Positions 10,217 through 18,335 of a stretch of DNA of 64,000 bases are shown in pieces. The DNA is taken from assembly GCA_965209085.1 (NCBI GenBank), contig OZ242376.1, positions 224,001 through 288,000 of the forward strand. The letters are read 5' to 3'. Below the pieces are notes generated by a model, which was not told the DNA's origin, did no database searches, and was given only the letters and a program-made list of their open reading frames with translations. This DNA is from Nitrosopumilaceae archaeon. Its GTDB lineage: Archaea > Thermoproteota > Nitrososphaeria > Nitrososphaerales > Nitrosopumilaceae. The translations under genes were made by a program, and so were the position numbers. Each line of letters starts with the position of its first letter. Positions within the stretch are counted from its first letter, which is position 1.

Positions 10217-10877
10217 TTTTTTCAAATTTACCACCCATCTTTGCCTTGTAAATAATGTCAGGTTTGCGCAAAAATATTCCAACTTCGGCCACGCCGGCTA
10301 CTGTGGAAATTTTTCTGGAAAGTAACGCGGGAGTTTTTATCGTGCCAAAGTCACAGTCTAGTATTAAATTTCCATTTTCAGTGATAAACGGATATCCACG
10401 ATCAAGTGTGCGCAAAACGGGTTTGCCGCCCATTTTTTTAATCACAGTATCTGCTGTATATTTTGCAAAAGGATGTATCTCCACTGGCACGCTTTTGTTC
10501 AGATATTTGGAAAACTTTGTGTGATCCGCCATGATGACTATTTTCTGTGCAGAGCTTGCAAGAATATTCTCGCGCAACAGGGCGCCGCCTCCGCCTTTGA
10601 TCAGATACCCGTGCGAATCTATCTGATCTGCCCCGTCAAAAACCGTATCCACCATGCCTGAGGCCAAAAGCGGTATGCCGCATGATTTTGCAACTTGTGC
10701 AATTTGCATGGATGTTGGCACACCATATACGGAGATGTTATTTTTTTTACAGTATTTGCCAAGAGCTAGCACAAACGCTGTGGCTGCCCTTCCGCTGCCA
10801 AGACCTAGTACCTGATTGTTCTTTACTAGCTTTAAAGCATCAGCTGATAATGCCTCAAAGGCACCATCAAAAGACGT
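10200..10877 (-). CDS. rpiA: Ribose-5-phosphate isomerase A (apparent ACG start)
   Basis: DGADQID, KGGGGALLRENI and ITENGNLILD motifs. The N-terminal VLGLGSGRAA motif lies upstream of the GTG at 10772, and the frame extends to ACG at 10877-10875. Confidence 0.9.
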   Translation of the reverse strand, partial: TSFDGAFEALSADALKLVKNNQVLGLGSGRAATAFVLALGKYCKKNNISVYGVPTSMQIAQVAKSCGIPLLASGMVDTVFDGADQIDSHGYLIKGGGGALLRENILASSAQKIVIMADHTKFSKYLNKSVPVEIHPFAKYTADTVIKKMGGKPVLRTLDRGYPFITENGNLILDCDFGTIKTPALLSRKISTVAGVAEVGIFLRKPDIIYKAKMGGKFEKIRIAK

Positions 10878-11759
10878 CTATTCCACCTCTACCTGGTCTA
10901 ATTTTTCCAAAGTCTTCATGATGTCTTTTTTGAGTTTGTCAAGATCCGATGTATCCTCCAAATCAGCATCCTGTTCTGGAGTCAGATCCTGGATCACTTT
11001 TGGAGGCGTTATCAGCGGTTCCTGCTTTGGAATATCCACACTCTGCTGCGCTGGAGTGTATTCTGGTTTTGGAGCAGGTTTTGATATGTCCGGTCTTGGC
11101 GTATCAATAACTGGCCTGTATTCTGTTTTTAGCTCTGATTGCTGCATAGCAGTCTGTGTCGTTTGAATTTTAGGTTCTGGTGGAACAAAAGACTGGGATC
11201 TTTTTGCAAGAGGAGTAAGGGTGGTAATCTCCACGCGGCTGCGTACATTTTCCATCTGGGAAATTTTTTCCTGTTGGATGCTGGATATTTTGGGAACATG
11301 AATGCGCGGTTTGGATTCTTTACTGGATGATCTCTCATATGCTTCTGTTTGTATCGATGTTGCGGAAATCTTTGAGGATATCTCGTGCAGTTTTTCATCC
11401 AAAGCTGAAAGCTTTTGATCCATTAGAGTGACAAGTCCGTCGCCTATCGGACCCATGTCCGGATGTTTGCTTGCAATCTCTAATTTTTCAATTCTTGCCA
11501 AAACTATGCCAAGCTGGTGCTGGTATTTTGAAAGCAGTTTGCCGCGTTTTTCTCCATCCACTTTGGCATCATGTTGGTAAAGTCTTGATACGGTTTTCAC
11601 AAGTATGTCCCGCTCGACTTCCATGTATGCAATTTCTTTTTGTATGCGCGGATTTGCACCTATGATTTTGAGTGCTGGCGTATTTCTTGGAAATTTTGCA
11701 AATGCTACAGCAGATGCTGCTCCAGCCAAGCCCGTCAGTAAAAATGCGAGCTCTTGCAT
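10878..11759 (-). CDS. Conserved hypothetical protein (N-terminal TM, coiled coil, low-complexity tail)
   Basis: 293-aa ORF co-oriented between rpl37e and rpiA. Confidence 0.75.
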   Translation of the reverse strand: MQELAFLLTGLAGAASAVAFAKFPRNTPALKIIGANPRIQKEIAYMEVERDILVKTVSRLYQHDAKVDGEKRGKLLSKYQHQLGIVLARIEKLEIASKHPDMGPIGDGLVTLMDQKLSALDEKLHEISSKISATSIQTEAYERSSSKESKPRIHVPKISSIQQEKISQMENVRSRVEITTLTPLAKRSQSFVPPEPKIQTTQTAMQQSELKTEYRPVIDTPRPDISKPAPKPEYTPAQQSVDIPKQEPLITPPKVIQDLTPEQDADLEDTSDLDKLKKDIMKTLEKLDQVEVE

Positions 11760-11760
11760 G

Positions 11761-11928
11761 CTAGGTGTACCATTTTACCCATGAATACTTTCTAATCTTT
11801 GCGTCCGGATAGCCGCAGCTTGCGCAGCGCAAATGACGTTTGTGAAAAGCGTTCCTGCCGCAGCGTCTGCAGCGAATGTGGACTTTTTTCTTTGTATAAC
11901 CACCCATGGAGGTGGTGCCCTTTACCAT
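11761..11928 (-). CDS. rpl37e: 50S ribosomal protein L37e
   Basis: Translated by hand: [41 protein letters not shown]...; absent from the ORF track because it is under 60 aa. Confidence 0.93.
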   Translation of the reverse strand: MVKGTTSMGGYTKKKVHIRCRRCGRNAFHKRHLRCASCGYPDAKIRKYSWVKWYT

Positions 11929-11931
11929 TGG

Positions 11932-12165
11932 TTATTCACCAGGTGGAGGGGATATCATTATAACATTGTCTCCCCTGACTACGATGGTTCCAAGCGTTAT
12001 TGCGTTGCTTTCTCCACCCAATTCCTCAGAAGAGTCCAGTATGAGATTCATGTGCTGATCAAAGCCCATCAGCTTGCCCCGTATGGTTTTGTTGCCTTTG
12101 AGCTTTACCAAAACGATCTTGTTAATGCTCTCATCAAGTACCTTTACTGCCATATCAACGGACAT
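11932..12165 (-). CDS. Sm-like (LSm) RNA-binding protein
   Basis: GKLMGFDQHMNLIL and IVVRGDNVIMISP motifs; the Lsm-L37e pairing is typical of archaea. Confidence 0.92.
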   Translation of the reverse strand: MSVDMAVKVLDESINKIVLVKLKGNKTIRGKLMGFDQHMNLILDSSEELGGESNAITLGTIVVRGDNVIMISPPPGE

Positions 12166-12207
12166 GTTATACACACTAAAACTCCATTATATTAAAATTT
12201 CATCCAG

Positions 12208-12918
12208 TCATGAGGCGGATTTGCCAGCGCACGCACGGCATTTTTTTTCCAAATTGGCTGTTATAAGATCAAGCATCTTTTTGCCCTCCGCTGCCGTAGC
12301 TTTTCTTGGATCCCCCCATATGCCGTTTTTTGTAACAGAAACAAACGATTTTGATGCTAATTTGGCGGCTTTCTCCAATTCAGCTCCTGTGGGCTCGTAT
12401 CCTTTCATTGCCCGGCTCATCCTGGTATTCTTTGAGACTGCCAGCATCAGAGAGGTCTCTATGTGTCCGGCATGATCAAAACCCCTGTCCATAAATTTCC
12501 AGTACGAAAATACAAACGTCCTGATTTTGCACGCTCTGTTTGTCATTTCTTCAACACCCTTTAGGGCATCCTGATTTCCATGGTGTCCGTTTATGATGAA
12601 CAAAGTGCGCACCCCTAGTGCTGCAGCGGACACTGCCACGTCGCGTACAATGGATCGCAGTGTGGATGGGCGTAGACTCAGATTGAAAAGTGGAGCGTGT
12701 TCTCGTGAAACGCCGTACTGTATGGGAGGCAAAAGAAGGTATCCGGTTTTTTTGCACAACCGTTTTGAAATCTCCTGCGCCAAATCCGCATCAGTGGACA
12801 CGGGAAGATGCGCGCCATGCTGTTCTATGGAACCTATGGAAATTACCGCTATGCGTTTTTTGAGTGTCTCCCTGCGCAGTTCTGGATCAAAACCGTCTAT
12901 CACATCGGACAATTGCAT
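12208..12918 (-). CDS. Creatininase-family amidohydrolase
   Basis: GSIEQHGAHLPVSTD, GVSREH, NGHHGN and HAGHIETS motifs. The ATG overlaps the purU stop. Confidence 0.88.
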   Translation of the reverse strand: MQLSDVIDGFDPELRRETLKKRIAVISIGSIEQHGAHLPVSTDADLAQEISKRLCKKTGYLLLPPIQYGVSREHAPLFNLSLRPSTLRSIVRDVAVSAAALGVRTLFIINGHHGNQDALKGVEEMTNRACKIRTFVFSYWKFMDRGFDHAGHIETSLMLAVSKNTRMSRAMKGYEPTGAELEKAAKLASKSFVSVTKNGIWGDPRKATAAEGKKMLDLITANLEKKCRACAGKSAS

Positions 12919-13751
12919 CACTTTTTGATGTGGACCTTTCTCCACCGGACATCAATTTTTCCGTTTATGTGAAGTTTTGCCGCATTCAGTAATGTAAGAG
13001 CTTCTAGCTTTTGTCCCTGTTTTTTTACACTTTCCAATGCATCCTCAGGTTCAACCTTGAAAGAGTTTTGGAGTATTATTGGACCCTGGTCTAAATTTTC
13101 CGTAACATAATGGGCTGTGACACCGACCGTTTTTGTTCCCCTCTCGTATGCTTGAGCGTATGCTGCAGCTCCCGGAAATGCCGGAAGCAGCGACGGATGT
13201 ATGTTGATTATTCTGTTTGGATAACGCCAGACAAAGTTTGGCGTCAGTATCCGCATGTATCTTGCAAGCAGTATGAGATCGATTGAATATTTTTTACACG
13301 AGGATATTATCTGGGATTCGGCTTTGTCCTGTCCTCGTTCTGTAATGAGTACAAATGGCACGCCGGCTTTTTTGGCATCTAACGCAAGCGTTTTTTCGGT
13401 CCCAACAACCACTGATACCTTGCATCTGAGACTTTTGCGCGCCTTTAGTATGGCGTCAAGGCAGTGGGATTCTTTTGTGACAAACACGGCCACGTTCTTT
13501 CTTTTACCCGTCTCATAGTGCGCATTTGAATCCATTTTGAATTTTTTTGCCAGCGCATCAATGCGTTTTTCCAGATTTGATGTTTTTTTGACAAATGATG
13601 CCTCTAGATACATTCCAAATATTCCCTTTACCACGTTTTGACTGATCTTTTCGACGTTTCCGCCCTCTTCAAATATCATGCTAGTAAAGGCTGCAACCGT
13701 ACCCTCGCAGTCTTTGCCCACCACAGTTATCCCAACACGTGTTTTTTTCAT
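12918..13751 (-). CDS. purU: Formyltetrahydrofolate deformylase
   Basis: ACT-like N-terminus, LARYMRIL, INIHPSLLPAFPGA and HYVTENLDQGPII. Confidence 0.88.
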   Translation of the reverse strand: MKKTRVGITVVGKDCEGTVAAFTSMIFEEGGNVEKISQNVVKGIFGMYLEASFVKKTSNLEKRIDALAKKFKMDSNAHYETGKRKNVAVFVTKESHCLDAILKARKSLRCKVSVVVGTEKTLALDAKKAGVPFVLITERGQDKAESQIISSCKKYSIDLILLARYMRILTPNFVWRYPNRIINIHPSLLPAFPGAAAYAQAYERGTKTVGVTAHYVTENLDQGPIILQNSFKVEPEDALESVKKQGQKLEALTLLNAAKLHINGKIDVRWRKVHIKK

Positions 13752-13794
13752 GGTGGAATGTTTTGTGAATTGACATTTAACCATATCCCTAGGG

Positions 13795-13882
13795 TGGTGC
13801 GGAAGGTGGGATTCGAACCCACGAACACCTGAGTGACAGGGACCTAAACCCTGCGCCTTTGGCCATGCTTGGCAACTCCCGC
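13795..13882 (-). tRNA. tRNA-Leu(TAG)
   Basis: GCGGGAG...CTTCCGCA-CCA with anticodon arm CAGGG-TTTAGGT-CCCTG and a long variable arm. Confidence 0.95.
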
Positions 13883-14193
13883 ACGGATTCTCTTTGAGAC
13901 ATAAACTTAACGTTTGTCATGATGTTTTGCTGATAAATTCACATACGCACTAGATCTAGATGCATAAACTGTGATCTGAAATGAGATTGGATATCTGTAT
14001 TTATATGATAATTTTGGAATATTTTAGAGATCTTTCAGACTTTATTATATCATCATTTTCTAAACAACAACGGACGTGCTAGTTATGCCGCATTATAATA
14101 TTATCAAAAAACAACTGTAATTTTGTCCACTAGTTATTAACGATAATTTGATCACTATGATCTTTTAAACACCATTTCTGCTATAAAGGATCC

Positions 14194-14430
14194 ATGAATT
14201 TTGAAACCGAATTTATGCAAGAAAAATGGTCAAAAGACGTTGATGCATTAAGACTGGATGTCGATGCATTTAGAAATTATTTTGATCAACATAAAAAATG
14301 TGTTTGTCCAATATATGACTGCAAACATTATAAAAAAGCACTTGTAAAAATTCTGGGAGATCGAATTCATAATCTTTGTCAAACCAGTATTGATATTGGC
14401 GTTAAAACGTATTATGATGTAATGAAATGA
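14194..14430 (+). CDS. Small hypothetical protein (HxxCxC...CxH motif)
   Basis: 78-aa AT-rich ORF with an ATG start. Confidence 0.45.
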   Translation: MNFETEFMQEKWSKDVDALRLDVDAFRNYFDQHKKCVCPIYDCKHYKKALVKILGDRIHNLCQTSIDIGVKTYYDVMK

Positions 14431-14438
14431 TAATGAAA

Positions 14439-15437
14439 TTAAATTTCAATATTTAAAATTTTACCTAGTGATTTTTCAGTATATTTTTTATGTAGTGTTT
14501 CAAATGTTTCATTTAAACGAACAATATCGTGGGTTGATACAGGAATGGATGATTGTTCAAAATGTTTTCTAAAATATTGTGAAGATTTGTATAAATTTAA
14601 TTCTTTTTTAATGGTACAAGTTAGATGTGTATCTGCCAATAACAATCCGTATTTGAAACCATTTAGTGCTTTTAAAAGATAATCTGCAACATTTTGGTTT
14701 CCTTTTTTTGTCATAAATGAATACGCATCTAATCCGTTCCAGTGATGTTTTAAAGAGCTGACTAAGTCATTATCTACCTTTACCGTCATGGATGTTAACC
14801 GCAATATTTTATCATTTTTATGTTGACGAATAAATGTAAAATTTAATTCGTTGTCTGGATTATTTTTACTTATACTTTGTCGTCGACCAAAAAATGTGAT
14901 AATTTCATCATCATGCTTGAGACAATCGTGATATAAAAATTCAAATTTTTTATTATCCATATTTTCATCTAAAGATGCCACAAATCGTTTTTTAGGAATT
15001 ATACTTCTATAATATTCGTAATCCTCTGAAATATTTTGTACATGTTTGAGAAATATTTTGATTAATTTAAATCCACATTGTTTTTGAAATTCAATGAGAT
15101 GTTCATTATTTATTCTTGAAAACTTGAAGGAAGTTTTTTTATCTCCTTTTGCGCCATTTATGGCAAATAAAAATAAATAACTCGGAAATTTGTTGATCAT
15201 TTTTGTAATTATTTCTAATCGTTCATTTTTATAATCTTCATCACTAACAAGCTTTTGAGGTTCAAATTCTATTATTTCTACAATTTTTGTTTTAAAATCA
15301 AAAGGAGAAAAATTTCCTTTTTCTGCGTTATTTAGATTTGTAGATGTTATTACCTGTGTCGGAAATGTACTTTGAATTCCGTGAATAGTAAACGATCCAT
15401 AACGAATACCATTTTTGATCTTGACAGTTATCGTCAT
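14439..15437 (-). CDS. Hypothetical protein, possibly a divergent tRNA-guanine transglycosylase (TGT)-fold protein
   Basis: A 332-aa ORF in very AT-rich DNA is unlikely by chance. TGT-like segments are RYGSFTIHG..TFPT, LIEFQKQCG, GLDAYSF and HDIVRLN. Confidence 0.6.
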   Translation of the reverse strand: MTITVKIKNGIRYGSFTIHGIQSTFPTQVITSTNLNNAEKGNFSPFDFKTKIVEIIEFEPQKLVSDEDYKNERLEIITKMINKFPSYLFLFAINGAKGDKKTSFKFSRINNEHLIEFQKQCGFKLIKIFLKHVQNISEDYEYYRSIIPKKRFVASLDENMDNKKFEFLYHDCLKHDDEIITFFGRRQSISKNNPDNELNFTFIRQHKNDKILRLTSMTVKVDNDLVSSLKHHWNGLDAYSFMTKKGNQNVADYLLKALNGFKYGLLLADTHLTCTIKKELNLYKSSQYFRKHFEQSSIPVSTHDIVRLNETFETLHKKYTEKSLGKILNIEI

Positions 15438-15700
15438 GCTTTTTTTTAAAGATTGACAGTTATAAAATTATTGTTGATCGCGTTTCTTTATCATGAATAT
15501 CGGTTATATTATTTTACATCATGTATAATTTAATATTTTGATCGATCCCATATCTTTCAATTAATTTCTTAATTTTGATGTCCAAAAACCTCTATAACTG
15601 CCAGCTCCCCAATATTTGATTTTAATATATCTGATCGCATGACACTTTGATCAATATCATAATGGATACTAACAAATTTGGCGTATATTGAGCATATGTA

Positions 15701-17104
15701 ATGGCGCGCCTCTTTGGAACAAACGGCATACGCGGTGTCTTTGGTGAAGACATGAGTCTGCAGTTTGCACACGATATTACACTCTCCTTGGCAGTACATT
15801 TTGGCAAAGGACCGGTATTGGTCGGATACGATGGACGGCATTCGGGTCCGGCTATGGCAAAAACGGTCTGCTCTTCTCTAAACTATGCCGGACTTGACTG
15901 CAGTCTTACAGGACTGGTACCTACCCCGTGTCTGGAATTTGCCGTAAAAAAACTTGGATATGCCTGGGGAATAATGATAACAGCCTCGCACAATCCCCCC
16001 GAATACAACGGCATAAAACCGGCAGGAGCAAACGGCACGGAGATATCCAGGCAGGCTGAGCTTGATGTGGAATCGATATATTTTGAGGGATCAAAACCGC
16101 CAAAACCTGCCAAATGGGGAACGACACGCAAAGAAACCGGCGCAATTGACGCATACATTAAAGGAATACTATCACACGTTGATGTAAAATCAATACAAAT
16201 GAAAAAACTCTCCATTGTACTGGACATGGGGAATGGTGCGCAAACAGTTGCTGCAAAAACTTTATGTGAAAATCTTGGCTGCAAAACTTTTGAGATAAAC
16301 GGAAACATTGACGGGGATTTTCCCGGCAGGGGACCGGAACCGACCCCTGAAAACCTTTCGGATCTTTCATCGGCCATCAAAGAGCATTCGGCCAACCTTG
16401 GAGTTGCGTTTGACGGCGACGGGGATCGCAGTATGTTTTGTGATGAGCTTGGCAACATACTCACAGGGGACAGGTCAGCGTTACTTTTTACCGAATACAT
16501 TTTGGAAAAAAACCCAGGCTCTACGGTGGTAACATGTCTCAACTCTGGCGGAGCTATTGAAGAGCTTGCATCTAGGACAAACTCAAAGATCATCCGCACA
16601 AAGGTGGGCAGCGTAGAGGTAACGCAGAGAATGCTGCAAGAGGATGCACTTGCAGGATTTGAAGAAAACGGCGGCTACATGTACGGCCCGCACAATCAGG
16701 TTCGGGATGGGGCGATGACCATGGCACTTGCCTTGGAGATGCTTGCAACAGGGACAAAGAGCATCTCGCAAAAAATACAATCACTGCCCGCATCATATAC
16801 TGGAAAACGCAAGGTTGTATGCAATGCCGAACACGTCAAGGCACTCTTGGATATCTTTGCAAAAGAATATCCTGACGCGGATACGCGTGATGGCATCAAA
16901 GTCTCCCTTGGTGGCAAAAAATGGGTCATGGTGCGTCCAAGCGGAACCGAGCCCATAGTGCGGGTTTATGCAGAAGCCTCTTCTGAGAGCGAACTTGTTG
17001 ATCTGCTCTCAAAATACGTCAGCAAAATAGAATCAACCCTAGCCGATAACACTTTTAATACCAATACAGGACAGCTTGAAGATGGAGACAATATTAACAG
17101 GTGA
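15701..17104 (+). CDS. Phosphohexomutase (phosphoglucosamine mutase/PMM-PGM family)
   Basis: FGTNGIRG, ITASHNP, FDGDGDR and RPSGTEP motifs. Confidence 0.92.
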   Translation: MARLFGTNGIRGVFGEDMSLQFAHDITLSLAVHFGKGPVLVGYDGRHSGPAMAKTVCSSLNYAGLDCSLTGLVPTPCLEFAVKKLGYAWGIMITASHNPPEYNGIKPAGANGTEISRQAELDVESIYFEGSKPPKPAKWGTTRKETGAIDAYIKGILSHVDVKSIQMKKLSIVLDMGNGAQTVAAKTLCENLGCKTFEINGNIDGDFPGRGPEPTPENLSDLSSAIKEHSANLGVAFDGDGDRSMFCDELGNILTGDRSALLFTEYILEKNPGSTVVTCLNSGGAIEELASRTNSKIIRTKVGSVEVTQRMLQEDALAGFEENGGYMYGPHNQVRDGAMTMALALEMLATGTKSISQKIQSLPASYTGKRKVVCNAEHVKALLDIFAKEYPDADTRDGIKVSLGGKKWVMVRPSGTEPIVRVYAEASSESELVDLLSKYVSKIESTLADNTFNTNTGQLEDGDNINR

Positions 17105-17110
17105 AATTTA

Positions 17111-17497
17111 ATGGCGGATCCATATTATGTAAAATTTGAAACACCAGAGGATCTTGTAAATCCAATATACGAGGCAGTCCGGGTTTCAGCTGAGAATGGC
17201 AAAGTCAAAAAAGGCACAAACGAGGCCACAAAGGCCGTAGAGCGCGGTACTAGCAAGCTTGTTGTTATTGCAAAAGATGTGGATCCTCCAGAACTTGTAG
17301 CCCATCTGCCAATTTTATGTGAGGAGCAAAATTCCGCTTATGTCTTTGTTCCCAGTAAACAGGATTTAGGCAAAGCACTTGGCATCGGCATCGTATCTGC
17401 AGCCGCAGCCATAGTAGATGCCGCAGACGCCCAGCACATTGTCGATCAAGTGATCAACACGATATCAGAGATCAAAGGCGGCAAGACCAAAGCATGA
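17111..17497 (+). CDS. rpl7ae: 50S ribosomal protein L7Ae
   Basis: [14 protein letters not shown] motif, preceded by a GGTGA Shine-Dalgarno. Confidence 0.95.
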   Translation: MADPYYVKFETPEDLVNPIYEAVRVSAENGKVKKGTNEATKAVERGTSKLVVIAKDVDPPELVAHLPILCEEQNSAYVFVPSKQDLGKALGIGIVSAAAAIVDAADAQHIVDQVINTISEIKGGKTKA

Positions 17498-17706
17498 GCA
17501 CAGAACAGGAAGAAGTAGTCTCAGCTGAAGTAATCCAAGTAGTGGGTCGGACCGGTATTGCAGGTGAGGTAATTCAAGTCAGGGTAAAAATCATGCAGGG
17601 AGCAGATTCTGGACGCATTCTTACCCGAAACGTCAAAGGCTCAGTCCGTATGGGAGACATACTCAGACTGCGTGAGACAGAAAGAGAGGCTAAAAAGATC
17701 AAATAG
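17494..17706 (+). CDS. rps28e: 30S ribosomal protein S28e
   Basis: [14 protein letters not shown]...RNVKG...ETEREA. Confidence 0.95.
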   Translation: MSTEQEEVVSAEVIQVVGRTGIAGEVIQVRVKIMQGADSGRILTRNVKGSVRMGDILRLRETEREAKKIK

Positions 17707-17716
17707 GTGAAATGAT

Positions 17717-17917
17717 ACGAGCCTTCTAGTAAAACAGTGTACTTTCTGCGACCGTCCGGTGGCAAAAGGTTCTGGAACAATGTACGTAAAAAACGACAGC
17801 ACCATCATGTGGTTTTGCTCATCCAAATGCAAAAAAAACATGCTAGAGCTAAAACGCGATCCTCGCAAATTCAAGTGGACCAAAAAATTTGTCAAGGGCG
17901 GAATCAGGAAAAAATAG
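17717..17917 (+). CDS. rpl24e: 50S ribosomal protein L24e (apparent ACG start)
   Basis: Hand translation (T/M)SLLVKQCTFCDRPVAKGSGTMYVKNDSTIMWFCSSKCKKN...KWTKK. Position fits the canonical L7Ae-S28e-L24e-ndk-aIF5B operon. Confidence 0.92.
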   Translation, partial: TSLLVKQCTFCDRPVAKGSGTMYVKNDSTIMWFCSSKCKKNMLELKRDPRKFKWTKKFVKGGIRKK

Positions 17918-17930
17918 GTGACACTTTGTC

Positions 17931-18329
17931 TTGGAACGCTCATTATTCATGGTAAAGCCTGACGGAGTGACGCGGGGTTTGGTGGGAAACATTTTAACCC
18001 GGTTTGAGCGTAAAGGGTTTCTCATACAAGAGCTGAAAATGATCCGGTTTTCAAAAAAACAGGCGGAAGAATTTTACAAAGTTCATAAAGAGAGGCCGTT
18101 TTTTGACGAGCTCGTTCAGTTTATCACATCAGGACCTGTAGTGGTTACAGTACTAGAGGGCAGAAACGCCATATCAGCTGCGCGCACCATACTTGGGTCA
18201 ACTGACTCATCAAAGGCAGAAGCTGGTTCGATAAGGGGCGATTACGGTCTTGGATTTACCGATAATATCATACACGCATCAGACTCTGCTGCAAGCTTTG
18301 AACATGAACAGGGTGTAGTGTTTCAGTGA
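17931..18329 (+). CDS. ndk: Nucleoside diphosphate kinase
   Basis: MVKPDG, GSIRGDYG and NIIHASDS motifs; TTG start. Confidence 0.95.
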   Translation: MERSLFMVKPDGVTRGLVGNILTRFERKGFLIQELKMIRFSKKQAEEFYKVHKERPFFDELVQFITSGPVVVTVLEGRNAISAARTILGSTDSSKAEAGSIRGDYGLGFTDNIIHASDSAASFEHEQGVVFQ

Positions 18330-18335
18330 TCTATA

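Noticed and set aside
13883-15700. Integrated provirus or ICE at tRNA-Leu (also considered at tRNA-Ala and tRNA-Ser)
   Set aside because: No integrase, att duplication or viral hallmark gene was seen; the Leu and Ala islets lie 5' of the tRNA rather than at the 3' end.
15883-16599. Long antisense ORFs (this 238-aa one, and others such as 19145-19645, 38889-39440 and 37918-38424)
   Set aside because: They are shadows of well-supported genes on the opposite strand and have no recognisable motifs.
17041-17104. C-terminal extension of the phosphohexomutase overlapping the likely rpl7ae promoter (CTTTTAATA)
   Set aside because: Most simply a stop-codon shift; no evidence of function.
17737-17955. 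72-aa ORF from the ORF track (MYFLRPSGG...)
   Set aside because: Wrong frame; the real gene here is rpl24e in another frame.
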